Below, one piece after another: positions 47,586-57,519 of a DNA stretch of 64,000 nt (its first letter is position 1; every line of letters starts with the position of its first letter). Below the pieces are notes generated by a model. It searched no databases and was not told where the DNA came from. It saw only the letters and a program-made list of their open reading frames with translations. Origin of the DNA: a virus. The position numbers and the translations under genes were made by a program. The DNA is taken from positions 6,040 to 70,039 of the IMG/VR virus record IMGVR_UViG_3300033146_001127. The stretch is one strand, 5' to 3'.

Positions 47586-49936
47586 ATGGCAAACATAATT
47601 AAAATTAAAAGATCACAAGTTACAGCTACACCAGCGTCTTTGGCAGAAGGTGAATTAGCTTATTCAGAACAGTCTGATACTTTATTTATAGGTACTTCTG
47701 GGAATAATGTAACTGCTATTGCTGGTCAGGCAGCAATGGGGAACGATTTTGCTAAAATAACCGTTTCTGGTCAATCTGACATTGTTGCTGATCAATCAGG
47801 AGATTCATTTGCTTTTGCTAATGGAACAGGAATCGCTGTTACAACTGATGCTTCAACTGATACCGTAACAATTACAAACACTGCTCCAAATGTAACAACA
47901 GATTTATCTTTAGGTACACAAACTTCAACCACATTGGATATTAATTCCAGTGACGGTGCTAATGTTACAATCCCTGCCGCAACAACAAATGAGGCTGGTT
48001 TGTTAACAACAACTCAATTTGACAAATTAGCTTATATCACAGTAACACAATCAGTAAATCTTGATACTATTGCTGACAATGAACACTTGGCATTAACGAT
48101 TAATTCAACAAATGCTAATGGTTTGTCTATTGATGGTTCTGCTCAAGAGTTATCAATGGCTGTGGCTGATTCTACAACAACAGGTGCTTTAAGTGCCACA
48201 GATTGGAATACATTCAATAATAAATCAGATACAGTTGGTACTGTAACATCTATTACTTCTGGTAATGGTATGAATTTTTCCACTATCACTGATACAGGTT
48301 CTATTGATCTTGGTGTGCCATCAACACTTGATGATACAACAACAAATAGTGTAACAGCAACAAGTCACACTCACGCAATTACAGGTTTTGTTCCAAGTTC
48401 ATATCTTGACACTGATCCACTTCTTGCAGCTGATTCAGATACTAAAGTTGCTACACAGAAAGCTACAAAAGCATATGTAGATTCTAAAACTGGAACTGGT
48501 TCTGGATTACAACAAGAAATTGATAACATTGAAACTGGCGCTGGGTTAAATTCAGATGGTACATATACTGCTGATACTGGTGCTGATTATATTTCAGGTG
48601 CAACTAGTCTTGCTAATGCAGATAGTTTATTGGATGACCAAATTAAAACAAATGCTGATGATATTTTAACTAAGTTTAATAAAGCTGGTGATACAATGTC
48701 TGGTAACATTGTTATGGGTGGAAACTCTATTACTGGTTTGGCTGATCCATCAAATACAGGAGATGCAACCAATAAAGGTTATGTTGATGCTTTAGTTGCA
48801 GGTCTTTCTTGGAAGAATTCAGTAAAGGCAGGAACAACATCGAATATTGATCTTTCTACAGCTGGCACATTAACAGTTGATGGTATTTCAACTTCTGCTG
48901 GTGATCGTATCCTTGTAATGAATCAAACCAATGCAGCTCAAAATGGTATATATATTGTTGCTTCTGGTGCTTGGACACGAGCAACTGATTTTGATTCATT
49001 AACACCAATTGATGAAATTAATGGTGCTGCTGTTTATGTTGAACAAGGTTCTACTCTGTTACTTCACAAGTATCTACTTTAGATACAGATGATATTAATT
49101 TTACTCAATTTAATGGTGCTTCCGCTATTACTGCTGGTATTGGTTTAGGTAAAACTGGTAATACATTATATGTAAATCTTGGTGCTGGTATTGTTGAATT
49201 ACCTACTGATGAAGTTGGTGTAGATGTATATCCAGGTGGTGGTTTGATTACTACAGGTGACGGAACAACATCTTCAACAGCAACAGGTGCACAATTAGCA
49301 ATTGACCTTGATGGTTCGTCATTATCATTAGGTGCTAATGGTATTCGTATTTCTGCTGCTGTTTTGGCGGACATTGATACTAAAGTAGAAGGTCCTACAT
49401 CTGCCACTGATGATAATGTTGTTTTCTTTGATGGAACAACTGGTAAATTAGTTAAAGATAGTGGTTTGACATTATCTGGATCTAATACTGGTGATGTAAC
49501 ACTTGAAAATACACATTATTTAACTATTTCTGGACAAGAAATTACCGCAAATACAGTAGGTGCTGCTTATGGTGGTACAGGGTTAACTTCATATACTGTT
49601 GGTGATATTATTTTTGCTAGTGGTACAACTACATTATCTCAATTAAGTGCTGTTGCTACTGGAAATGTATTAATTTCTGGTGGTGTTGGAACAGCTCCAT
49701 CTTGGGGTAAGGTTGACTTGACAAATGCTGTTTCTGGTACATTACCAGTTGCTAATGGTGGTACAGGTGCAACAACTTTTACTTCTAATGGTATTGTATA
49801 TGGTAATGGTTCTTCATCGTTACAAGTAACATCCGCTGGATCATGGGATAATACTAACAGTGTTGGTCAAATACTTTCTGTTAACTCAAGTAATGTACCA
49901 ACATGGACAAATACACTTGATGGTGGAACATTCTAA
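47586..49936 (+). CDS. long tail/whisker fibre protein, frame broken at about 49055
   Basis: IKIKRS...LAEGELAY N-terminal domain; Thr/Gly/Ser-rich; continues in another frame from 49058 (VTSQVSTLDTDDINFTQFNG) to LDGGTF. Confidence 0.75.
48942..49055 (+). repeat. 114-bp exact direct repeat, copy 1
   Basis: Identical to 51727-51840 (encodes NGIYIVASGAWTRATDFDSLTPIDEINGAAVYVEQGST). Confidence 0.92.
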
Positions 49937-49952
49937 ATAAAATCTAATATTA

Positions 49953-49981
49953 AAAAAGACCCCCTAATAATAGGGGGTCTT
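49953..49981 (+). terminator. GC hairpin, possible terminator or mRNA stabiliser
   Basis: AAGACCCCCTA-ATAA-TAGGGGGTCTT. Confidence 0.6.
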
Positions 49982-49992
49982 GGAGTGATTAA

Positions 49993-50778
49993 ATGATAAA
50001 CATTCTTAATAAAAGATCGAATGTTCAAGGCACCAAACCAACCATTGCCAATCTTGATTTTGGTGAGATTGGTATTAATACCTATGATGGTAAGATATTT
50101 ATCAAGAAGGATGATGGAACACAAAAGATAGTAGAAATTAATGCTATCAATGATTGGATATTAAAATCATCTAATTATACTGTTGAAAATAATGACAGGA
50201 TAATGGCAGATACATCCTCATCATCTTTCACTTTAACTTTACCTTCATCGGTTTCTATTGGACATGAGATAACAATAGTTGACTATAATGGAACATGGTC
50301 AACATATAATTTAATAATTGATGGAAATGGTCATAATATATTAGGTTCTTCCTCTGATTTGATTTGTGATGTTGATAAGACAAAGATATCTTTGATATAT
50401 ACAAATCCCTCAGATGGGTGGAGAGTATTTGTTTCCACAAGTAATGAAAATAATCCAACTAGTGATTGGCAAATTAAAACATCTAATTACACTGCTTCGG
50501 CTAATGATAAAATAATGGCTGATACATCTTCATCAATTCTCACTATAACATTACCTTTAGATCCAGAAGTTGGTTTTACTGTTATGTTAAGTGATTATAG
50601 TGGAACATGGTTTACAAATAATTTAACAGTTAATGGTAATGGTGAAAATATAGATGGTAGTAGTTCAAATAAATCATATGATATAGATGATGCAAAAGTT
50701 GAATTAATATATAAAGATTCAACAACAGGTTGGAAATCATATATTGAAGCTGATGTTATTGATGCTGGATATTTTTAA
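49993..50778 (+). CDS. tail fibre protein with two gp34-like repeats
   Basis: NKRS...LDFGEIGINTYDGKIF; two NYT..NDxIMADTSS..TLP repeats; ends IDAGYF. Confidence 0.8.
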   Translation: MINILNKRSNVQGTKPTIANLDFGEIGINTYDGKIFIKKDDGTQKIVEINAINDWILKSSNYTVENNDRIMADTSSSSFTLTLPSSVSIGHEITIVDYNGTWSTYNLIIDGNGHNILGSSSDLICDVDKTKISLIYTNPSDGWRVFVSTSNENNPTSDWQIKTSNYTASANDKIMADTSSSILTITLPLDPEVGFTVMLSDYSGTWFTNNLTVNGNGENIDGSSSNKSYDIDDAKVELIYKDSTTGWKSYIEADVIDAGYF

Positions 50779-50793
50779 TTAAGGGGAATATAA

Positions 50794-51249
50794 ATGAGTA
50801 AATTAAGTAATTACATATCACATTCAAATGGTAATGCTAATACTCTTGGTGGGCATAGTGTTGATTATTTTGCATCACAAGGAACTACATATACCAAAGT
50901 TGAGATAGATAGTAAAATATCAAATCTTATTGATGGTGCACCAGAATTATTAGATACATTAAATGAAATATCAGCAGCAATAGATGATGATGCAAATTTT
51001 GCTACAACTATATCAAATCGAATTGATACAAAATTGGATTCATCTACATATACTGCTAATGATATATTAACCAAAATAAAAACTGTAGATGGTTCTGGTT
51101 CTGGATTAGATGCTGATTTATTAGATGGATATAATAGTGACTATTTCTTATCAACAACAGGAAAAGCTGCCGATTCTGATAAACTTGATGGACATGATTC
51201 CACATATTTTATGGAAGTTGGTGGAGATATTGATGGTGGTTCATATTAA
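50794..51249 (+). CDS. tail fibre protein
   Basis: GAPELLDTLNEISAAIDDDANFATT and GSGSGLDADLLDG motifs; ends IDGGSY. Confidence 0.8.
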   Translation: MSKLSNYISHSNGNANTLGGHSVDYFASQGTTYTKVEIDSKISNLIDGAPELLDTLNEISAAIDDDANFATTISNRIDTKLDSSTYTANDILTKIKTVDGSGSGLDADLLDGYNSDYFLSTTGKAADSDKLDGHDSTYFMEVGGDIDGGSY

Positions 51250-51297
51250 TAAATATAAATAAATAAACTCGTCTATATAGACAAAAGGAGAAGCCAT

Positions 51298-53470
51298 ATG
51301 GCAAATAGTGTAAAATTAAAAAGATCTTCTGTTGCAGGTAAAATACCAACAACAGCTGATTTGGATTTGGGTGAATTAGCAATTAACACCCATGATGGTA
51401 AGATTTTTATTAAAAAAGATGATGGTTCTGGTACAACTGCCATAATAACTGCTGGACAAGAAAGTATGCCATTAGATGGTGGATCTATGCAGGGTGATTT
51501 GGACATGAATAGTCATAAGGTTGTTGGTCTGGCTGATCCAACTTCAGATGGAGATGCTACACCAAAATCTTATGTTGATTCTTTAGTTGCTGGATTGAGA
51601 TGGAAAAATCCAGTAAAATCTGCAAGTACATCTAATTTAGATCTTAATGGAACAGAAACATTAGATGGTATTTCTTGTGGAGTTGGTGATCGGGTTTTGG
51701 TGATGAGTCAGACTAATGCTGCTGATAATGGTATATATATTGTTGCTTCTGGTGCTTGGACACGAGCAACTGATTTTGATTCATTAACACCAATTGATGA
51801 AATTAATGGTGCTGCTGTTTATGTTGAACAAGGTTCTACTATTAGGCTCCGATAATATTGATTTTGCTCAATTTAATGGAACATCCGATACTCAAGCTGG
51901 AAATGGATTAAATAAAGTTGGAAATACTTTATCTGTTGATCCTGATGGTTCGACATTAACAGTTGCAGCAGCAGGAGTTAAAATTTCTGATACTGTAATG
52001 AATACAATTAATGATAAGTTAAGTGTATCAACAGGTGGTACTCTTTCTGGTGATATATCAATATCTAAGGCTAATCCTTGGTTAACATTAGATTCTCTTA
52101 CATCTGGAGGAACAGGAACAGATCAAGGTGCTGGTATTTCAATTGGTGAAGCTGGTAAAAAAGGTGCTTCTGCATTACATTTAACTTATACTGGTGATGG
52201 ACATGGACATATTGGTATGGGTACTGTTGATGCAACAAGCGGTTTACCTCAATATGAAGCGATGACTTTAAATTATACAGATAATACAGTAAGCTTTTTA
52301 GGCGCTGTAAGTATGTCATCAAATTTATATGTTACTAATTATGTTCAAGGTAAAGTATTATACTCAACAGTTGCAACTGGAACAGCTCCACTCCATGTTG
52401 ATTCTACAACAGTTGTTTCTAACCTTAATGCAGATTTGCTTGATGGACATCATTCTAGTTATTTTTTAACGACAACTGGTAAAGCCGCTGATTCTTCAAA
52501 ATTAGAAGGACATGGTTTATTTACTGCTAATGTTGGTAGTGTAAGTATCCCAACTATTGGAGCTTCAAATGGTGTAATGGAAATAGGTAGATATATTGAT
52601 TTTCATACATCATCATCAACTACTGATTATGATATAAGGTTAAACTGTTCTGGTGCTGATACTTTACAGGTAGATGGTGGTGGCATTACAATTGCTTCTG
52701 GAACATTAGCAATTAATTCTGGTCCTTTGAATGTTAATTCTGGCAAGGTATTGATTGCTAAAAATATCGGAACATCCTCTACCTATAGTAATGGACAATT
52801 GGAATTGAGATGTACTGATGATGGTGATGTTTCTATGGGTTTCCATCGTTCAGGTGCAACTGCTTGCCAATTAAGACATGAAGGAAATGGTTTAATACTT
52901 TCAGGTACTTCTGAAACTTCAGCAGCTAATTTTAAGGTTACAGGTGGAATCACTCATGGTAGCCACCAAACACCATTGACAAATAATAATCTTAATCTTG
53001 GTTCATCTTCATTGAAATATGCAAATGTATATGCAACTACTTTTCAAGGTCGTGCTACTTCAGCTAATTATGCTGACCTTGCTGAGAAATATTCATTTGA
53101 AGATGATGTTGTATTTGATGAAGGAAGAGTTGTATTGATTTCTGATAATAACAATGTTGATTGTAAATCATCTGATGATATTGCATCGGATTCTGTTTTA
53201 GGTGTAATGTCTTTGAATCCAGCATTTATGATGAATAATGAACTTGAAGATGGTTACTATGTTGCATTAAAAGGACGTGTTCCTTGTTATGTTCAAGGTC
53301 CTGTTAGAAAAGGAGAACCATTAGTTTCTTATTTTAATGGTACAGCAATAGGGGTTAATAATAATTTACTTCAAAGTGTTGATCTCATAAAACCATCTAT
53401 TATATTTGGTAAAACATTAGAGAATATTGACGATGATGGTTTACATTTAATAGAAATTGTAGTATTATAA
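51298..53470 (+). CDS. distal tail fibre with C-terminal peptidase-G2-type chaperone, frame broken at about 51840
   Basis: VKLKRS...LDLGELAINTHDGKIF N-terminus; LNADLLDG; GVMEIGRYIDFH; TSANYADLAEKY...VALKGRVP. Confidence 0.8.
51727..51840 (+). repeat. 114-bp exact direct repeat, copy 2
   Basis: Identical to 48942-49055. Confidence 0.92.
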
Positions 53471-53499
53471 GAAACATTAAAAAAGGAAGATTTTAATTT

Positions 53500-54612
53500 G
53501 TGAATACATTAATAACTGAATTTGTAGTAACTGAACAATGTAATCTTGCATGTGATTATTGTTATATGAAAAATAATAATCATTATATGAGTATAGATAA
53601 GGTAAAATTGTATATTGAGAATGTCCGTAAATTAATGGATATTTACGGATGTTCTCAATATCATATATCATATTTTGGTGGTGAACCATTATTAAATTGG
53701 GAACTTATTCAACAAGCCATTCCTCTTTTCAAAGAAGATCCTAGATGTGAATCACAAGTGATAATTAGTAATGGATTGTTATTAACACAGGAGATTATTG
53801 ATTATATTAAATCATATAATGTAGGTTTTTCATGGTCATTTGATGGGATGTGGCAAGATATGAATCGTCCACATATAACATTTAGAGAAACTTTATCTGA
53901 GTATAAAGAGAAGTTGGATTTAATAAAACAAGTAAGTTTATCAAGTAAGGTTATGGTGTCACCAAATACTATCTATACTCTTACCGAAAATCTTGAATTT
54001 TTTGTTGATGAGTGTCAGATATACAATCCTGATTTTAGTCTTGTTAGAGATGATATTTGGTCGTCTGATGACATAAAAACATTTAAGGTGGAAAGTAGAA
54101 GACTTGCTGATAGGGTAATTAAATATTATCTTGATGGTATTAATGTATCTGTTGGTTTGTATAATTTGGCTATGATGGATATGTATATGGGTAATAAGTA
54201 TGGTAAAAGACCTTTTGGCTGTTTTGCTGGTTGTCATGGTGTTGGATATTTTCCTAATGGTGATTGGTATCCTTGTGCTAGATTTGGTGCATCAAAAGAA
54301 TATTTGTTAATGGATTCAAATGGTAATGTTGACATAGAAAATATTAATAAATTAAATCAACCTAATATAACCAATCCCCAGACATATGAAGAATGTCAAG
54401 ATTGTAAATTATATAATTATTGTAATGCAGGTTGTACATATTCACAATTAAAAATTAATGGGGATGGTCAATTGTCAGCCAGTCCTGTACCATCAGTATG
54501 TGAATTATTTAAGATTGTATATGATGATACATTATATATAAATGACAAATTAAAAGATGTTTCTATTTATCAGGAATATCTTAATACAATAATAAAATCA
54601 ATAGGAGATTAA
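53500..54612 (+). CDS. radical SAM/SPASM peptide-maturase-like enzyme
   Basis: CNLACDYC, YFGGEP, SNG, SFDG; SPASM CFAG...YPC...CQDC...CNAGC...C. Confidence 0.93.
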   Translation: MNTLITEFVVTEQCNLACDYCYMKNNNHYMSIDKVKLYIENVRKLMDIYGCSQYHISYFGGEPLLNWELIQQAIPLFKEDPRCESQVIISNGLLLTQEIIDYIKSYNVGFSWSFDGMWQDMNRPHITFRETLSEYKEKLDLIKQVSLSSKVMVSPNTIYTLTENLEFFVDECQIYNPDFSLVRDDIWSSDDIKTFKVESRRLADRVIKYYLDGINVSVGLYNLAMMDMYMGNKYGKRPFGCFAGCHGVGYFPNGDWYPCARFGASKEYLLMDSNGNVDIENINKLNQPNITNPQTYEECQDCKLYNYCNAGCTYSQLKINGDGQLSASPVPSVCELFKIVYDDTLYINDKLKDVSIYQEYLNTIIKSIGD

Positions 54613-54614
54613 AT

Positions 54615-54917
54615 ATGGCACAATATGGAAATAAGTTAGAAGTTATAAGAAGATTGTTGGAAGTTGTTAAGTATATTGAGGATAGTCAAAATTCACCTGA
54701 TTTACAGGCATACAAAACAATGATTATGAAAATGATTTCAACTATGATTAATACTACAATTACAGTTAAGGAAAAAAATATTGTAGATGAACAGGTTGTT
54801 GAGGATGTAAAAGATTTTTGTGGTAATTGTACAGATCAATCTTGTTCAACTGTAACACCACAATATAATATTCAAGATACTATTGAAAAAATTAAAACAG
54901 AATTGGGATCAGTTTAG
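54615..54917 (+). CDS. small protein with CxxC..C motif between the two SPASM enzymes
   Basis: FCGNCTDQSC; AGGAG RBS. Confidence 0.7.
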   Translation: MAQYGNKLEVIRRLLEVVKYIEDSQNSPDLQAYKTMIMKMISTMINTTITVKEKNIVDEQVVEDVKDFCGNCTDQSCSTVTPQYNIQDTIEKIKTELGSV

Positions 54918-56008
54918 TGAATAACAAGAAATCATTTCATATCGATATTAATTCAACAAAAAATTGTAATCTTAGGTGTACTTATTGTTTTGAAGTTAAA
55001 AATAATGAAATAAAGAATAAGTCATTTGAACATGTGGATTCTTTAATTAGATTTATTAAAGATTTAAGAGAAACAGAATATTATAAATCCAATTATTATG
55101 AAATGGTGGTTAATTTTTGGGGTGGCGAACCTACATTAAATAAACCATTATTCAAAAGAATTATTTCTGAATATATAGAAGATACAGAAATAAGATTTTT
55201 TATGTATTCTAATGGTTATTATGTTGATGATTTTTTTGTGAATATATATAAAAAAATTCAAAAACTTAAAGTTAATGGTCATCCAAAAATTGTTGTTCAA
55301 ATTTCATATGATGGTGTTCCTGTTCATGATTTTGATCGTGTAGATATTAATGGTAATGGTTCTTCTAGTGAAATTAAAAAAACGATACAATCTTTACAAG
55401 ATAATAATATTTTTTATGTTTTGAAAAGTACCATTCAACCTAAAAATTTTAAATATTTATATGAAGCATATTTAGATGTTATAAGTCTTGATGGTAATGG
55501 ATATTTTCCTACTATTGATTTACATGAGGATTTTGATGAGAACGAATATGTTAAATATAATGATGATTTGTTTAATAGTTTATACAAGATTGCTGCATAT
55601 GAAGTTAAAAATAAAAATAATCAATTTAAGTGGTTTAAGAAGAATAGATCTTTGTGTGCCGCTGGTAATGATATGATAGCTATTGATATAAATGGTAACA
55701 TTCAACCTTGTCATGGAGCATTATATACTGATTACAATGATCATTTGATTTCTAATATAAAAGATATTGATGTTATAGAAAAACTTATAAATAGTTCTAT
55801 ATATTATAGTTCATTTTGTTTTAACGAGCCAGAGAAATGTAAACAATGTACTGTTGAGTTTTGTTTGAAGTGTAATGCAGCACATTATAATTTTAGTAAA
55901 AAAGAAAAATATGATGAAAGGTGGATGGATTTTGATAATCAAGACTATCTTTGTCATTATTTCAGAATTATTGATAATGTTTCTCAGGCTGTTAAACAAA
56001 TGAAATAG
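54917..56008 (+). CDS. radical SAM/SPASM peptide-maturase-like enzyme
   Basis: CNLRCTYC, FWGGEP, SNG, QISYDG; SPASM CAAG...QPCH...CKQC...CLKC...C. Confidence 0.93.
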   Translation: MNNKKSFHIDINSTKNCNLRCTYCFEVKNNEIKNKSFEHVDSLIRFIKDLRETEYYKSNYYEMVVNFWGGEPTLNKPLFKRIISEYIEDTEIRFFMYSNGYYVDDFFVNIYKKIQKLKVNGHPKIVVQISYDGVPVHDFDRVDINGNGSSSEIKKTIQSLQDNNIFYVLKSTIQPKNFKYLYEAYLDVISLDGNGYFPTIDLHEDFDENEYVKYNDDLFNSLYKIAAYEVKNKNNQFKWFKKNRSLCAAGNDMIAIDINGNIQPCHGALYTDYNDHLISNIKDIDVIEKLINSSIYYSSFCFNEPEKCKQCTVEFCLKCNAAHYNFSKKEKYDERWMDFDNQDYLCHYFRIIDNVSQAVKQMK

Positions 56009-56018
56009 GAGGTAATAA

Positions 56019-56630
56019 ATGGCTTGTAATGGTCATACAAATTCTTGTTCTTCTCATTCTGGTTATGTTCCAGCAACTACTATAACTTTTACCAATGAAG
56101 ATGTTGTTGCTGGGGAAGAAATTGATGCTTTGGATGAAATTCATGAACTTCTTGATAAATTAAATGATGAGTCAGATAGAAGATCAGTATTAAATGAGAG
56201 TACACCAATATCATTAACTTTAACAGATCCACTTGCATCCTCACAAATAAGACAAATAAGAGATTTGTATTTAGATATATTAAATACAACAGCATCATCT
56301 CCTATCACTGATACTGAGATAGCTGTTGGTCAACCACTAAGAGCTGACACAATAGAAACTATGAAAGATGGAATTATATCAGATTCATCTACATGTGTTT
56401 GTGATTGTAATTATGCTTGTACATGTGACTGTAACTACTGTACATGTGACTGTAACTACTGTACATGTGACTGTAACTACTGTACATGTGACTGTAACTA
56501 CTGTACATGTAACTGTAACTACTGTACATGTGACTGTAACTATTCATGTACATGTAACTGTAACTATTCATGTACATGTAACTGTAACTATTCTGATATC
56601 AGATTAAAAACTGAGATAATTTATTTTTAA
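56019..56630 (+). CDS. Cys-rich repeat protein (9 x CxCxCNY), candidate radical SAM substrate, ending in the S74 cleavage motif SDIRLK
   Basis: AGGAGG RBS; N-terminal CNGH..CSSH; 27 Cys in 66 residues. Confidence 0.85.
   Translation: MACNGHTNSCSSHSGYVPATTITFTNEDVVAGEEIDALDEIHELLDKLNDESDRRSVLNESTPISLTLTDPLASSQIRQIRDLYLDILNTTASSPITDTEIAVGQPLRADTIETMKDGIISDSSTCVCDCNYACTCDCNYCTCDCNYCTCDCNYCTCDCNYCTCNCNYCTCDCNYSCTCNCNYSCTCNCNYSDIRLKTEIIYF
56394..56591 (+). repeat. coding tandem repeat, 21/24-bp unit TGTACATGT(G/A)ACTGTAACTA(C/T), 9 units
   Basis: Read directly; units in frame with ORF 56019-56630. Confidence 0.95.
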
Positions 56631-56641
56631 AGGATTGTAAA

Positions 56642-56923
56642 ATGTTTGATAAATTGTGGACTAAAATTAAACCTGCTGTTTTTAAGTACAAAAAAAATAA
56701 GATTGGTATTGATGATGATAAGATCTATATTGGTGTAATGGCACAGGATATCATTGATGGATTATCGGAAGAAGGATATAATATTAAAGATTTTTCTATT
56801 ATAAATATGGAAGATACTGGATATTATTCTGTTGATTATATTCAATTAATACCTATTTTAATAAGTAGAATAAAAAAATTAGAAAAAGAAATTGAAATTA
56901 TAAAGAAAGGGGATATTTTATGA
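56642..56923 (+). CDS. stand-alone C-terminal part of a peptidase S74 intramolecular chaperone
   Basis: IKPAVFKYK...IGVMAQDI...YSVDYIQLIPILISRIKKLEKEIE; lacks SDxRLK; AGGA RBS. Confidence 0.8.
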   Translation: MFDKLWTKIKPAVFKYKKNKIGIDDDKIYIGVMAQDIIDGLSEEGYNIKDFSIINMEDTGYYSVDYIQLIPILISRIKKLEKEIEIIKKGDIL

Positions 56924-57519
56924 TAAATTTATTAAAGATTTATTGGAAAGGTGATGTAGGTAAAATAACAGGATATAGACAGATTGATGATAATGAAATG
57001 TATGATGAAACTAGATTTAAATCTGTTTCTGATGATGTTTATACTTATGTCTCCGAAAATTATGAAAAAGGGGAATTGACAATACCTGATACAGTTATTA
57101 ATGTAACATTAAGTGATATAACATTTACTGAGTTTGATGATGTAGTTGCGATGAAAAATAATGCATTGAATGTATTTATTAATAATGAACTTAGGGATGA
57201 TAATACCAGTTTGGATTTTTTCTTAATTTCAGTTAAATTTATTATTTTAAATAATCAATTAGCAGAAAAAGGTTTTATTTTTACCCCAACAAACAAAGAA
57301 GATGTATATCTTGATGTGTTGAATAGTGGTGATGAACAATCAATAGAGATATTAGAAGATTATATTGAAGTATTGGATGCAGTTACATCTTATAGTTCAA
57401 AAGTTAATAATTATATTTCAATGAAGAAGGCGATGACCGATTTGACTGATGTACAGACAATACTTGATACATATACTTCTTATACTGGTAGAAACCTTAT
57501 TGATGATATGAATGCTTAA
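56920..57519 (+). CDS. hypothetical protein
   Basis: 199 aa, coupled to the upstream gene. Confidence 0.7.
   Translation: MINLLKIYWKGDVGKITGYRQIDDNEMYDETRFKSVSDDVYTYVSENYEKGELTIPDTVINVTLSDITFTEFDDVVAMKNNALNVFINNELRDDNTSLDFFLISVKFIILNNQLAEKGFIFTPTNKEDVYLDVLNSGDEQSIEILEDYIEVLDAVTSYSSKVNNYISMKKAMTDLTDVQTILDTYTSYTGRNLIDDMNA

Noticed and set aside
48942-51840. 114-bp repeat considered as a DGR template/variable pair
   Set aside because: Copies are identical (no adenine-specific mismatches), are mid-gene, and no reverse transcriptase is visible in the window
56394-56591. Tandem repeat considered as a CRISPR array
   Set aside because: Units abut with no unique spacers and keep a coding frame (21/24 bp)
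56368-56607. Alternative-frame ORFs (VHVTVTT and MYSSYSH repeats)
   Set aside because: Shadows of the same repeat; the Cys frame has the strong AGGAGG RBS and joins the SDIRLK motif
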